Part shown: in pieces, positions 9,612 to 18,183 of the stretch
Layout of the letters: each line of letters opens with the position of its first letter
Position numbering within the stretch: the first letter of the stretch is position 1
Source of the DNA: a virus
Lineage: Duplodnaviria; Caudoviricetes
Strand: one strand, 5' to 3'
IMG/VR virus record: IMGVR_UViG_3300018048_000033
Span: 1 to 31,242 of that record
Length of the DNA: 31,242 nucleotides
The notes under the pieces: model-generated
The model's database searches: none
Seen by the model: the letters and a program-made list of their open reading frames with translations, nothing else
Told to the model about the DNA's origin: nothing
Program-made: the position numbers and the translations under genes

Positions 9612-10370
9612 TTAGAAGCGTGCGAATGAAACGTGGAAGGTGATTGCCCCACTAGAACCGGCAGTGCTTGGTAATACCCGTAGGTAACGGTTAACCGTTC
9701 CGCTAACTGCTGATTGTTGTGAGGTCGTTGTGCTGGCAGCAACGGCAGTGAACGTGATGAGGTCTGCCCACGTGCTGTTGTCTGGACTGTGCTGAACTTT
9801 GATTGTGGTTGTTCCGCCAGCGATTGAGTTTGCCGTAACGTGCAAGTTAGCGAAACCGCCGGAAGCACTGCTCGCTGCGTTGTCAACGGAAGTTAAAGCA
9901 GCCAACGCACCGTAAGCGATACTTGCGCCGGCGGTCAACATAACTCCGCTACGCATACCGTAAGTCAAGTTAGAAGTTCCGTCAGTGCTGGCATTGAAGT
10001 CAGCCGTTATTGAAACAACGTCGCCAACAGGCGTGCTGATTGAGTAACTTGTTTCGTGTGCTTTGGCCACGATTGCTCGCTTACCAATTGTGCCGGTTTC
10101 CATTGGCACAGTAATAATTGGCGTCGTCGTTGAACCGAGAATTGTTGACAACACAACGTCCTCGCCGACAGTTGCGTCTTGCGAATACATACCTGACAAA
10201 CTCAGGGTGGCGTCATTCAATCCGGGAATATAAGACTTAGCAGACGAACCGAAACCGGTGATCTCGGCAGTGTCAATTGACTGCGACGTATCAACACTAT
10301 TGAAGTATGCACTCAAATCAAATTGGTTCAACAAAACGCCGGACGACTTACCATGAATGAAGGTGGGCAT
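9612..10370 (-). CDS. Tail tube paralogue with an extra C-terminal beta domain
   Basis: First ~130 aa align with 9186..9596 (MPTF.HGKS, FGSSAKSYI.GL.DAT.S.SG, YSIS.PVGDVV). Confidence 0.8.
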   Translation of the reverse strand: MPTFIHGKSSGVLLNQFDLSAYFNSVDTSQSIDTAEITGFGSSAKSYIPGLNDATLSLSGMYSQDATVGEDVVLSTILGSTTTPIITVPMETGTIGKRAIVAKAHETSYSISTPVGDVVSITADFNASTDGTSNLTYGMRSGVMLTAGASIAYGALAALTSVDNAASSASGGFANLHVTANSIAGGTTTIKVQHSPDNSTWADLITFTAVAASTTTSQQSAVSGTVNRYLRVLPSTAGSSGAITFHVSFARF

Positions 10371-10579
10371 CAGAGTTCCGTTTCTTCTTCAACCGTTAGT
10401 TCTTCAACAACAGTTTTCGCTTTAGATGTTTTTGCGTCAACGGACTCAACATAACCTTGCTCAAGTAACCATTCGGCTTGCTTGGCGGTGAGTTCAACTT
10501 CGTCGCCGGCGTCATAGCGTTTTGTGCCAACGTCTAAACCGCTGACTCCATCGCTTCCACCTGTAACTTTGTATCGCAT
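10370..10579 (-). CDS. Small virion-module protein upstream of the tail tubes
   Basis: Start reassigned to ATG 10579 (SD GGGAG); RYDAGDEVELTAKQAEWLLEQGYVE is a common small morphogenesis-protein motif. Confidence 0.7.
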   Translation of the reverse strand: MRYKVTGGSDGVSGLDVGTKRYDAGDEVELTAKQAEWLLEQGYVESVDAKTSKAKTVVEELTVEEETEL

Positions 10580-10593
10580 TTTGCTCCCGTTAA

Positions 10594-10652
10594 TAGTCAA
10601 ACAAGCGCCGATACGTAACAGTGTGGGTCACACGGACACTTGCTGGCGACTA
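10594..10652 (-). promoter_or_regulatory. Long bulged RNA hairpin in the 5' leader of the tail genes
   Basis: UAGUCG cc AGCAAGUG u CCG UGUGAC [ccacacu] GUUACG uau CGG CGCUUGUU UGACUA: about 23 bp including G-U pairs, ending 5 nt before the SD. Confidence 0.6.
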
Positions 10653-10693
10653 GCGCACTATGGCTCAAGACTACACCTAACTTTGCGCCTCAA

Positions 10694-10702
10694 ATTGTAG
10701 CA
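10694..10702 (-). promoter_or_regulatory. Putative extended -10 promoter (TGcTACAAT) restarting tail transcription
   Basis: Minus strand gTGCTACAATTTGA upstream of the hairpin leader; same core as at 603-615. Confidence 0.55.
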
Positions 10703-10747
10703 CGTTCTTAGCGCCGGAAGCCTTTATACAGGCCAAACTAATCGTTA

Positions 10748-10847
10748 CGAAACACGAGGTGGGAATACTATTTTTAGATAAGCCTTGCCTTGGGCGTTAA
10801 ATGAGGGTAAGATGGTTCTCGTGGGAATTAACCAAACAAACAAGGAG
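10748..10847 (+). promoter_or_regulatory. Conserved promoter/leader, copy 1 (TTGCCT-17-TAAGAT, SD AAGGAG)
   Basis: -35 at 10785-10790, -10 at 10808-10813; blockwise near-identical to 20111-20209. Confidence 0.8.
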
Positions 10848-10853
10848 AACGGA

Positions 10854-11156
10854 ATGTACGAGGGAATAATTTTTATCCCAGCAAGCGAAGTTCAAGCGGA
10901 CGAAAAAGTCCGTGAACAAAACGAGAAGTCCCGTTTCAACCGACACGGAGTTGAGAGTTGCTGGTTGTGTTGCAAAGGTATGTCCGAGAAAGCATTTGAG
11001 AACGCTTGGCATATTCACATGACCATAGATCACTCACTCGCTCCGGTTGCTATGGGCGACACGCTTCGTGAAGCCGATGACCAAGGTTGGTTTCCAGTCG
11101 GTTCCGAATGTGCAAAAAAGATTCCATTGACTCACCGCAAAAAGTTCGGAGCGTAA
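10854..11156 (+). CDS. Hypothetical protein, possibly Zn-binding
   Basis: Start reassigned to ATG 10854 after AAGGAG; CWLC...H...GWFPVGSEC. Confidence 0.7.
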   Translation: MYEGIIFIPASEVQADEKVREQNEKSRFNRHGVESCWLCCKGMSEKAFENAWHIHMTIDHSLAPVAMGDTLREADDQGWFPVGSECAKKIPLTHRKKFGA

Positions 11157-11157
11157 A

Positions 11158-11397
11158 ATGAATAACCGCATTGACCTTATTCAAGTATTCGGAAGCATAC
11201 GAGGAACGATCTACTACACCGACTACGCCCGAATGGACGTCATCAAGTCTCGTGAGGGTTGGTTCCACCGTGACCTTAAGAACAACGACTTGATCGTAAC
11301 TCGCAGAATCGGTGGTCGTAATTTTCATCGGTTCGTTGAAGCCAACCGAGTCGTTGACTTCGTTCCGTACGTCAAACCGGTAAAGGTAGGTGCATGA
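11158..11397 (+). CDS. Hypothetical protein
   Basis: 79 aa, tightly coupled to its neighbours. Confidence 0.55.
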   Translation: MNNRIDLIQVFGSIRGTIYYTDYARMDVIKSREGWFHRDLKNNDLIVTRRIGGRNFHRFVEANRVVDFVPYVKPVKVGA

Positions 11398-11761
11398 GAT
11401 GGGACTGTCAATCAACATTCAATGCGATGACTGTGGCCAAGAAATACACCTCAACGAAACTAAGCCAACAGTCGCATACAAACTCGCACGAGATATTGAA
11501 TGGGAAGTTGTTGGCAAACGAACGACTTGCCCGACGTGCGTTGCTTCAAGGCTTGCGCCATTAGACCAAGGCACCAAGATAAGAATTAAGTCTTGGACAG
11601 TTTGGCGTTATGGGACAAAGGTAACCGCCTCTCCGGTTGACGACAACTCAATGGCCACTCACGCTACGCTCTCACCCAACGGAACGTGGGTTTGGGAAAA
11701 TGTAAACGCCGTTCCACGTTACGTCCGCCACTATGTTCAGACCGGAGTTTTACTATGGTGA
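11390..11761 (+). CDS. Hypothetical protein with a zinc ribbon (CDDC...CPTC)
   Basis: Two CxxC pairs; start uncertain (11390 or 11399). Confidence 0.6.
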   Translation: MHEMGLSINIQCDDCGQEIHLNETKPTVAYKLARDIEWEVVGKRTTCPTCVASRLAPLDQGTKIRIKSWTVWRYGTKVTASPVDDNSMATHATLSPNGTWVWENVNAVPRYVRHYVQTGVLLW

Positions 11762-11937
11762 AGAAACGCAACAACCGACCACGTTGGCAACGGCTCTCAA
11801 TGCTGTTTCAAACATATGCGTTGATCTTCACGTTTGGTCTAAGCGCTGAACGCACTGACTGGAAAGCGTCATTCGCTGGCGTGCTCATAGCAACCTCATT
11901 AGGTTTGTGTTATGCCGGCTGGTTAGATAAGAACTAA
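11755..11937 (+). CDS. Small membrane protein
   Basis: ATG 11755 after GGAG; basic N-terminus followed by two hydrophobic segments. Confidence 0.6.
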   Translation: MVKKRNNRPRWQRLSMLFQTYALIFTFGLSAERTDWKASFAGVLIATSLGLCYAGWLDKN

Positions 11938-11987
11938 TCCACTAATTGAAGGGTTAATTGTGTACACTGACGATACGGAGGTTTACA

Positions 11988-12176
11988 ATGTCAACAACAC
12001 CAATCACAGAACGTCTCAGGTCACGTCACTTGCTAACTATCGGACAAGGTTTGCCGGAGTTGTGCGAGGAAGCAGCACGAGAAATAGAACGCTTGAAACA
12101 AGACAATGTTTTGTTGAAGCAAGCAACCGAATATCTTGGGCAAACAACGACAGCAACTTGGGAACACGACACCTGA
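11988..12176 (+). CDS. Hypothetical coiled-coil protein
   Basis: ATG 11988 after GGAGG; ITERLR...LCEEAAREIERLK motif common in phages. Confidence 0.7.
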   Translation: MSTTPITERLRSRHLLTIGQGLPELCEEAAREIERLKQDNVLLKQATEYLGQTTTATWEHDT

Positions 12177-12226
12177 AAAAATCAAGCGACAAGGTTTTCC
12201 GGCAAAATTGCTGTAACCTAATCGTC

Positions 12227-12805
12227 ATGTTCACGCGAACCGCCGTATTAACGGCTTTCACGTTGACAGTCGCAGCGTGCGGAGGTAGTCCCTCCTTGAA
12301 GATTCCCACACAACTTCAGTCAACTACTTCCGCACCTGCACCCACCACGACTGTCATCACCACAACAACCACAAGTGTGTCACCTATTGTCAACGAGACA
12401 ATTCCGGGTGAGGTGATTATTGAAGCAACCGCTTCAACGACCACTGAAGTACCGCTTGCGTCTGACCCATTTGACTTTATTGACGAAGCAAGAATGATGT
12501 ACGGTCAATGCGGTGAATGGCACGACACTGCCATAAGCGTTGGTTGGTCTGAACAAGAATGGCCAACATTGAGCCGTGTGCTGTATAAAGAATCACGTTG
12601 TACTCCCGACGCATGGAACGGACATGATTCCGGTTTGGCTCAGATCAACCAAATCCATAAGGAATGGGCAGCACAAATGGGATTCTCTTTTCCCGATGAC
12701 TTATTCGTTCCAGCCAACAACCTTTACTTCGCTTACCGACTTTGGTCAAGCCGTGAAGAAAAAGGATTATGTGGCTGGAAACCTTGGTCAATCAAATGCG
12801 TTTAG
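12227..12805 (+). CDS. Lipoprotein with a lytic transglycosylase (SLT/lysozyme-like) domain
   Basis: Start reassigned to ATG 12227; signal peptide with lipobox VAA|CGG; Thr-rich linker; catalytic KESRC, DSGLAQIN and GWKPW motifs. Confidence 0.8.
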   Translation: MFTRTAVLTAFTLTVAACGGSPSLKIPTQLQSTTSAPAPTTTVITTTTTSVSPIVNETIPGEVIIEATASTTTEVPLASDPFDFIDEARMMYGQCGEWHDTAISVGWSEQEWPTLSRVLYKESRCTPDAWNGHDSGLAQINQIHKEWAAQMGFSFPDDLFVPANNLYFAYRLWSSREEKGLCGWKPWSIKCV

Positions 12806-12966
12806 TCCGCTGACTTGTTGTCCGCTTTACAGCGTGCGCAGCGTATCTCCCAAGGCGCTGTAACAAGTTTGGCCAGCAACTTACCGCAACCGGCGCAGCG
12901 CACGTCAGAGCGTGTTTTACGCAGGCTCTCCGGCGTGCTAAGCAGTTCGGCGTAGGCGTCGCCCAT
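12802..12966 (-). CDS. Mu Com-like zinc-finger protein (54 aa; absent from the ORF track)
   Basis: MGDAYAELLSTPESLRKTRSDVRCAGCGKLLAKLVTAPWEIRCARCKADNKSAD*; RCxxCxKLL...IxCxRCKxxN is the Com-family pattern; TAATG-coupled to the tail terminator. Confidence 0.8.
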   Translation of the reverse strand: MGDAYAELLSTPESLRKTRSDVRCAGCGKLLAKLVTAPWEIRCARCKADNKSAD

Positions 12967-13364
12967 TACAGTTCTTTGAACACTTGAAAGTTCTGAGCAA
13001 ACACGACACGCTGAACGCTGTCACGTTCCAATGGGAACGCCGATTGAACCGCCGACACACGCTGATACAAAGTACCGGTAAGTGTCTCGTTCAAGATTCC
13101 TTCAATAACTTGCCACACGCTAATAGCCAAAGCACGAGCATCAGAATAAGCAACGTCTCGTGACAACACTTGAATGCGAGGCATTTCCATACGTGGCATA
13201 GCGTCCGAACCGAGCGTGCTTATTGGCGTGCTTCCGCCGTACTCAAGTAACGCCACACATTTGTCAGGCGAGTCAGGCAAACGGCCAAGAAACAAGTTAG
13301 TTCCTAGCGTAAGGCTTGCCAACTGAGTGTCTAGGTATGTTCCAATATCAACAAGGGTTGCCAT
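12966..13364 (-). CDS. Tail terminator protein
   Basis: LGTNLFLGRLPDSPD...PRIQVLSR...LERDS..RVVFAQNF; position after the neck genes. Confidence 0.8.
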   Translation of the reverse strand: MATLVDIGTYLDTQLASLTLGTNLFLGRLPDSPDKCVALLEYGGSTPISTLGSDAMPRMEMPRIQVLSRDVAYSDARALAISVWQVIEGILNETLTGTLYQRVSAVQSAFPLERDSVQRVVFAQNFQVFKEL

Positions 13365-13367
13365 AAG

Positions 13368-13790
13368 TTATGCGTTGTACCAAACTCTGATTCGTTTGAC
13401 CAAAGAGTCTGGCCAACTAGAAGTTTCCTCAAGGAACGGCTGCTCCAAATACTTCGCTTGACCGCCTTGAAACTTTGGCGGTGAATGGTTAGCGCCTAAG
13501 TTCTCGTGAACATAGATTGCGTAGTTAGCGCCGGCTGGTGCGCCGGTAGTTGCGCCACCAAACGAAACAGCGATCTTGCTATGTACTTCAGCCTTGCTAG
13601 GTTTCACTGTGATGTTGCTGCTTGCTTTCAAGTTTCCGGTATCCATCGGCACGATGTTCATTGCTTTATTAAGAACGTCGTTCGCAACGTCGTACATCGC
13701 TGAGTTAATTGCAGCAATCATTTTGTCTTTGTTGACGGTCATACCGTTCTGAACTTCGGCAATACCGAATACGTTGATTGCTTTAGCCAT
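13368..13790 (-). CDS. HK97 gp10-like neck/tail completion protein
   Basis: VPMDTGNLKAS, YAIYVHE, QAKYLEQP motifs; start reassigned to ATG 13790 (TAATG overlap). Confidence 0.8.
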   Translation of the reverse strand: MAKAINVFGIAEVQNGMTVNKDKMIAAINSAMYDVANDVLNKAMNIVPMDTGNLKASSNITVKPSKAEVHSKIAVSFGGATTGAPAGANYAIYVHENLGANHSPPKFQGGQAKYLEQPFLEETSSWPDSLVKRIRVWYNA

Positions 13791-14140
13791 TACATTCGCA
13801 ACCTTCCGAAACTCAACACAACGCACTGAGTCCCGTATTCATCGCCACGATTATCAACTTGAATAATTTGACGGATAGTTCCGTCAGGAAACTCAACTTC
13901 GTCGCTCATCGCAACCGTTAAAGTTGTTGAAGGAATATACGCTTTGTACTCAATAATGAATTCATTTTCTTCAAGGTTCAAAACAGCGCCGACAACACCT
14001 TGAATGTAAGCCTTGTAACTTGTTTGTGAGCCGGTATAAACATTCTCGCTATAAATGTTGCGTGACGAACGTGAACGAATCTTGATCGTTGACGTCGCTA
14101 GTTGACGCAACTCTGTAGCGAACAAAGTTGCTGCACTCAT
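13790..14140 (-). CDS. Head-to-tail stopper
   Basis: 116-aa beta-rich protein (DEVEFPDG) following the adaptor. Confidence 0.7.
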   Translation of the reverse strand: MSAATLFATELRQLATSTIKIRSRSSRNIYSENVYTGSQTSYKAYIQGVVGAVLNLEENEFIIEYKAYIPSTTLTVAMSDEVEFPDGTIRQIIQVDNRGDEYGTQCVVLSFGRLRM

Positions 14141-14625
14141 CTGTCAGCACCCGGACCAAAGTATTGAATACCGGTAATCGTTTGCGTACGACCACCATCA
14201 CGAACGTCTTGAAACTGACCGCTTCTAAACCACGTGCGGTCAAGGTCGCTGTTATCAAGGTCAATCTGCTTATCGCTAACCGAAATACCGCCGGCGTAAG
14301 GAATGGGTGCGCTTTGACGGTTGGCGTGTGCCATCAAGTCATTAGCAAGCAAACGGTATTGTGCAGCCTTCTGACTCAACTTGACGCTAAGGTCACCGAT
14401 CTGTTTATCTGCTTGACGGCTTAACTTCGCACCAACAGCGTGACACGCATAATGCGCTGAGTAATACAAGTCAGTTGTTGAAGTTGACGAACCTGATTGC
14501 TCGTAGTTAATCCAAGCAATTTCCTCGTCGCTCAACAACTGGTCTGTTGTGTCAGTGTCGCCAATTAGAAAACGAATAGCGTCACGTGCGCTACTTGCTG
14601 GGTCACCTGAGTACGTCCACGTCAT
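14137..14625 (-). CDS. Head-to-tail adaptor
   Basis: MTWTYSGDP...DAIRFLIGDTDTTDQLLSDEEI...IGDLSV. Confidence 0.8.
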   Translation of the reverse strand: MTWTYSGDPASSARDAIRFLIGDTDTTDQLLSDEEIAWINYEQSGSSTSTTDLYYSAHYACHAVGAKLSRQADKQIGDLSVKLSQKAAQYRLLANDLMAHANRQSAPIPYAGGISVSDKQIDLDNSDLDRTWFRSGQFQDVRDGGRTQTITGIQYFGPGADR

Positions 14626-14631
14626 CAGATA

Positions 14632-14931
14632 TCAGCGATACAGAATTGAACCCGTAGGCGTACCCGCAACTACGTCAATATAAACACCATTGGGGCAAGC
14701 GATACCGTTTGGACCGTACCAAACAGTAGTTGTCTGGTTGTTTTGAGTGTACGACCCAGCGATGATTGCTGTCCCAGAGTTAGACGCCCCATTATGAACA
14801 TGGAGGTTCATAGCAGCGCCAGATTCGTTAGTGATAATCATTCCGTAGAATACTTGTGCGGTAGCAACCGCTTGATCGCTACCCGTGAGCGCAATGGACT
14901 TAACCGGACCTGTAGTGCTTGTGTTATTCAT
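14632..14931 (-). CDS. Putative virion accessory protein
   Basis: 99-aa beta-rich protein ending GIACPNGVYIDV; located in the head module. Confidence 0.55.
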   Translation of the reverse strand: MNNTSTTGPVKSIALTGSDQAVATAQVFYGMIITNESGAAMNLHVHNGASNSGTAIIAGSYTQNNQTTTVWYGPNGIACPNGVYIDVVAGTPTGSILYR

Positions 14932-15014
14932 AATTGTCTCCGTGAAAAACTAAAGCCGGTCCTGATGCGAGTACCACACCAGAACCGGCTTCTAGTGCCG
15001 TACCAAAAGTTTTA

Positions 15015-15440
15015 TTACTTGCGGTAGAAAGTGACTCCGCTTGACGAGTCGTAACGAACAATCCACGTACCCGACGTTGCAGCAGGCACGGTTGCCAAAC
15101 CAACAAGCGTCACGCCGGAAGCACCAGCAGTCAGCGTGATAGTCGCAGCCGAAGCAGCAAGGTTCACAATAGTGAATTCAGTGCAATCACCAACAGCAGC
15201 GTCAGGCATCAAAGCAATGATCTGAGCACCGGTTGCTGTAGTAACGGCACGGGCGGTAGTCGGCGTAGCCGAAACAATCGTGTTGGTTACGATGTGAGCA
15301 GCAGTAGCAACCATTGAAGCACCATCAGCAATAGTCGCTGCTGTGCGCTTCGTTGACTTGATACCACGAGTACGGTCATTGCCAGTAGCAACAATGCCAC
15401 CGACAACGGCAGTACCTCTAGTTAGACGGTTAAAGGCCAT
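15015..15440 (-). CDS. Putative capsid decoration/head fibre protein
   Basis: Ala/Thr-rich (GDCTEFTIVN...ITLTAGASGVTLVG), directly after the major capsid gene. Confidence 0.6.
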   Translation of the reverse strand: MAFNRLTRGTAVVGGIVATGNDRTRGIKSTKRTAATIADGASMVATAAHIVTNTIVSATPTTARAVTTATGAQIIALMPDAAVGDCTEFTIVNLAASAATITLTAGASGVTLVGLATVPAATSGTWIVRYDSSSGVTFYRK

Positions 15441-15455
15441 TAGTTAATCCCCCGA

Positions 15456-16403
15456 TCAGGATACGGCGTTGCTGAAGAAGTATCCGAGAGGAGTTGCTAC
15501 TGGCTTAAAGTCCCAAGCGGATTCAATTTCAAGACGGTCTGCACGCAAGTGGTCCATACGGAAGCGTGACACGGCAGTTGAAGTTCCGAGTCCACCGCCA
15601 ACTCCGTTCCAAACGAAGTTGTATCCAGCAGAGACAGTCATCAAACCGGCAGCAGGCGACACGTAACACAACAATGCGTCCTTGTCACCAATCTGTGCGT
15701 ACGAAGCGGAAGCGTTTTCCTTGGCGCTGTTATAAACACCCTTCATCACCATCACGTTCGGAATGTCAAGCACCTTGCCGATAAGTTCAGGCGTAATGCT
15801 GTCAGCCGACGTGTACTTGTAACGGTCAACGAAGTCGCTGTGATTACGAAGCGTCTTGTAAACGGCGTACGACATAACCAAAGTGTTCGGCAAGTAGCCG
15901 GTGTTGGTCAACACGGTGTTGATACCGCTTTGAACATCGCCAATCGGGTCAGAACCCGAAGCGTCCCACAAGGTTGACGGAGTTGAGTCAGTTCCCCAAA
16001 CCGAAGTTGTGAAAAACTTGCTTGCCCAGTCACGCTCTTGACGAATCAACATCTGATGAGCGAGGAACTTAGAAGCGTCCATGTCCGGGTCAAGCGGTAC
16101 GTCGCTATTGGCACGAACCTGATCTCCAATGTCCTTGTGCAATGCCCATACGTTTGACGAATAGGTTGCGGTTGAAAGCGAGTAACCGCTACCAGCCGAC
16201 TCAGTACCGTCAGCACGAGACTGCGCTTGGTCACGGAAAAAGTCAGCCTGCGAGTAAGTGAAATACTTGTCGCTCTGCTTCTGTACGTTGATGGTTGGGA
16301 ACACTTTTGAAGCAACAAAGTTATCTGCTTCTTGCATATAAGCAATTGACAAGTTTGTCAAAATTGCGTCAATGTGAACCTGTGATTGTGTGGGCTGAGG
16401 CAT
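15456..16403 (-). CDS. Major capsid protein (lambda gpE-like HK97 fold)
   Basis: 315 aa; HIDAILTNLSIAY, FP.INV.KQSDKY, SDPIGD, G..PNTLVM motifs. Confidence 0.9.
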   Translation of the reverse strand: MPQPTQSQVHIDAILTNLSIAYMQEADNFVASKVFPTINVQKQSDKYFTYSQADFFRDQAQSRADGTESAGSGYSLSTATYSSNVWALHKDIGDQVRANSDVPLDPDMDASKFLAHQMLIRQERDWASKFFTTSVWGTDSTPSTLWDASGSDPIGDVQSGINTVLTNTGYLPNTLVMSYAVYKTLRNHSDFVDRYKYTSADSITPELIGKVLDIPNVMVMKGVYNSAKENASASYAQIGDKDALLCYVSPAAGLMTVSAGYNFVWNGVGGGLGTSTAVSRFRMDHLRADRLEIESAWDFKPVATPLGYFFSNAVS

Positions 16404-16422
16404 GATCTAATCCTTTTCTAAC

Positions 16423-16806
16423 TCAGACGAAACGAGCGTTGGTGATATTGAGGAACATTGTGATTACTTCGCTTGCAGCGCCGGCTTCAATAGCCTGACC
16501 GCAGATGTACTTGGTGGTGTCAGTCGTGGTGTAAACCGCAGCCTGACCATCGGACGAAGTACCAATGAGGTTTCCGGCAGCAGTAGTTCCGTCAGAAACA
16601 ACCTTTGTGATACCGAAGATACAAATTTCTGCTGCTTGACCGCTGGCTGGTGAGTTCTGCAAAATGCCGATTGGCTTGTCAGTGACACCTGAACAAACAT
16701 CAACGGTGGTTGCGGAAGCCAACTTCACGAAATGAAATTGCTTTGCGCTGAGGTCAGCAGATGCGGTTAACTGCCCCAACTTGATCTGTGCTGCTTCGTA
16801 AGCCAT
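16423..16806 (-). CDS. Capsid decoration/cement protein
   Basis: ADLSAKQFHFVK...PIGILQN.P..GQAA...GITKV; between scaffold and major capsid. Confidence 0.75.
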   Translation of the reverse strand: MAYEAAQIKLGQLTASADLSAKQFHFVKLASATTVDVCSGVTDKPIGILQNSPASGQAAEICIFGITKVVSDGTTAAGNLIGTSSDGQAAVYTTTDTTKYICGQAIEAGAASEVITMFLNITNARFV

Positions 16807-16809
16807 TAC

Positions 16810-17466
16810 TTAGATTCCCTTCTCGGAGAGGTATGTTGAATATAAATCCTTGTTGTTATTGGCCACCACTGAGACGGCTTTAGCAAACGAAGGAGCAGTG
16901 CCGGTAGCGACAAGATCGTTAGCAAGCGCTTCAATCTTTGACCAAGCGTCCGCAGCAGCGTCCTTAGTGTCACTTCCGAGTTCTTTCAAAATGCCGGATT
17001 CGCCGAGCGCACGAGCCGAAGCAGTGAACACTGCCTCAACGGTTGCTGCGATTGCCGGCAAAGCCTTACGCAACTCAACCAAAGCCGGTGCGAATTCTGC
17101 TGGATTAAGTTCCGGCAAAATTGACCATGCGTGAGCAGCGTCAGTTGCTTTTTCAAGTTCACGATCAGCCAACAAAACTTCGTTTTCTTTACGAACGTCG
17201 TTCAATTCCTTGCGGAGATCGGTCAATTCCTTGCGCAGAACTTCAGCCGGCGATTCGCTCTTGGCGACGTCAGCAGGCGCTTCTACGACTTCCTGTTCCT
17301 GAGTAATTTCAAGTTCCACGTTGTCTCCCTGTGGTTCGGTTGATGCGTCCGTCGGTTCAACGGCAGCACTTTTGATAACTAGCCAACCTTCGTGAAGGTG
17401 GGCAGGGTGGTCCACACCACTCGTCTCAACCACTTTTAGTTCAGCGAGTTTCGTGCTGCGAGCCAT
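16810..17466 (-). CDS. Scaffolding protein with a protease-like N-terminal segment
   Basis: Acidic coiled coil; N-terminus LAELKVVETSGVDHPAH..GWLVIK resembles the EVSxVDxPAN strand of HK97-type proteases. Confidence 0.75.
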   Translation of the reverse strand: MARSTKLAELKVVETSGVDHPAHLHEGWLVIKSAAVEPTDASTEPQGDNVELEITQEQEVVEAPADVAKSESPAEVLRKELTDLRKELNDVRKENEVLLADRELEKATDAAHAWSILPELNPAEFAPALVELRKALPAIAATVEAVFTASARALGESGILKELGSDTKDAAADAWSKIEALANDLVATGTAPSFAKAVSVVANNNKDLYSTYLSEKGI

Positions 17467-17499
17467 CGGTAACCACTTTACTCACGAAGCCTTCGGCTT

Positions 17500-17661
17500 T
17501 CATTGTACCTTCCGGGCTTTTACCGGCTGAATAGAAATTTCATGCAGTTTATTTATGACGGCAAAAAGTTCACGTTCTTCTTCAGCGCCTCGGACGGTCA
17601 CTCTTGTCAGAAACTTCAATGCCGTGTTTATGTCTGCTAGTGACAGTTGGGCTTTTGACAT
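17500..17661 (-). CDS. Hypothetical protein
   Basis: MSKAQLSLADINTALKFLTRV...; overlaps the 3' end of 17582..17917, so the call is uncertain. Confidence 0.45.
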   Translation of the reverse strand: MSKAQLSLADINTALKFLTRVTVRGAEEERELFAVINKLHEISIQPVKARKVQ

Positions 17662-17917
17662 ATTCAATATCCGTTTCGTGAAGGACAACGCTGCTGACAA
17701 CCATGCGTTTCGGTATGTGAATTACCGAATCTACACAGTCGTCGGGCGAAATGCTTTGCGCTACGGAAACATGGTTGCGTTTACCGCCACGCTTAGTTTC
17801 AAGTTCCCAACCGACGGTGTAAACAACGTAAGCGTCGTTGTCGGTCATCTCGTCTAAATGTTGCCAATGGTTTAGATCAGCGTGAGCGTCGTGCCAAATG
17901 ACAAGAATTGTTTTCAT
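17582..17917 (-). CDS. Conserved small phage protein (WxDA...TVG...IP family)
   Basis: VIWHDAH...YTVGW...VAQS...HIPKRMV; ATGA-coupled to the upstream gene. Confidence 0.7.
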   Translation of the reverse strand: MKTILVIWHDAHADLNHWQHLDEMTDNDAYVVYTVGWELETKRGGKRNHVSVAQSISPDDCVDSVIHIPKRMVVSSVVLHETDIEYVKSPTVTSRHKHGIEVSDKSDRPRR

Positions 17918-18183
17918 TCTTCATCGTCTCCCATCTCGTCAAATAACTCCGGGAAACATTCAGCGATTAGGTCGTTGGCATGGCCGAGTAGTTCCCAACC
18001 AAACTGAGAAGCCATTTCTTTTGATAAGCAAAACTCGTAAACGGTTTCCGAGCGTGCATCACGCAAATGAATAAGCAAAGCACGGCCAGCGCCGGCTTCA
18101 TTCAAGATAACTATTTGCTGAGCGTTGTAAGCGTCAACGAATGTTGAGTTGGTTAGATCGTGCCATTCGTCATCGTCAATCAT
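17914..18183 (-). CDS. Acidic hypothetical protein
   Basis: Coupled to both neighbours; ATG 18183 preferred, start uncertain. Confidence 0.55.
   Translation of the reverse strand: MIDDDEWHDLTNSTFVDAYNAQQIVILNEAGAGRALLIHLRDARSETVYEFCLSKEMASQFGWELLGHANDLIAECFPELFDEMGDDEE

Noticed and set aside
10785-10853. Apparent shared peptide (VGIN.T.KE) at the N-termini of track ORFs 10785 and 20177
   Set aside because: Artefact of translating the shared promoter/leader; the true starts follow the AAGGAG SD.
11960-12226. N-terminal 89 aa of the 281-aa track ORF
   Set aside because: Overlaps the SD-supported gene at 11988-12176; the signal peptide begins at ATG 12227.
17486-17500. Hairpin GAAGCC-TTC-GGCTTT as a terminator
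   Set aside because: Short stem with no U-tract on the coding strand, next to the probable scaffold promoter; role unsupported.
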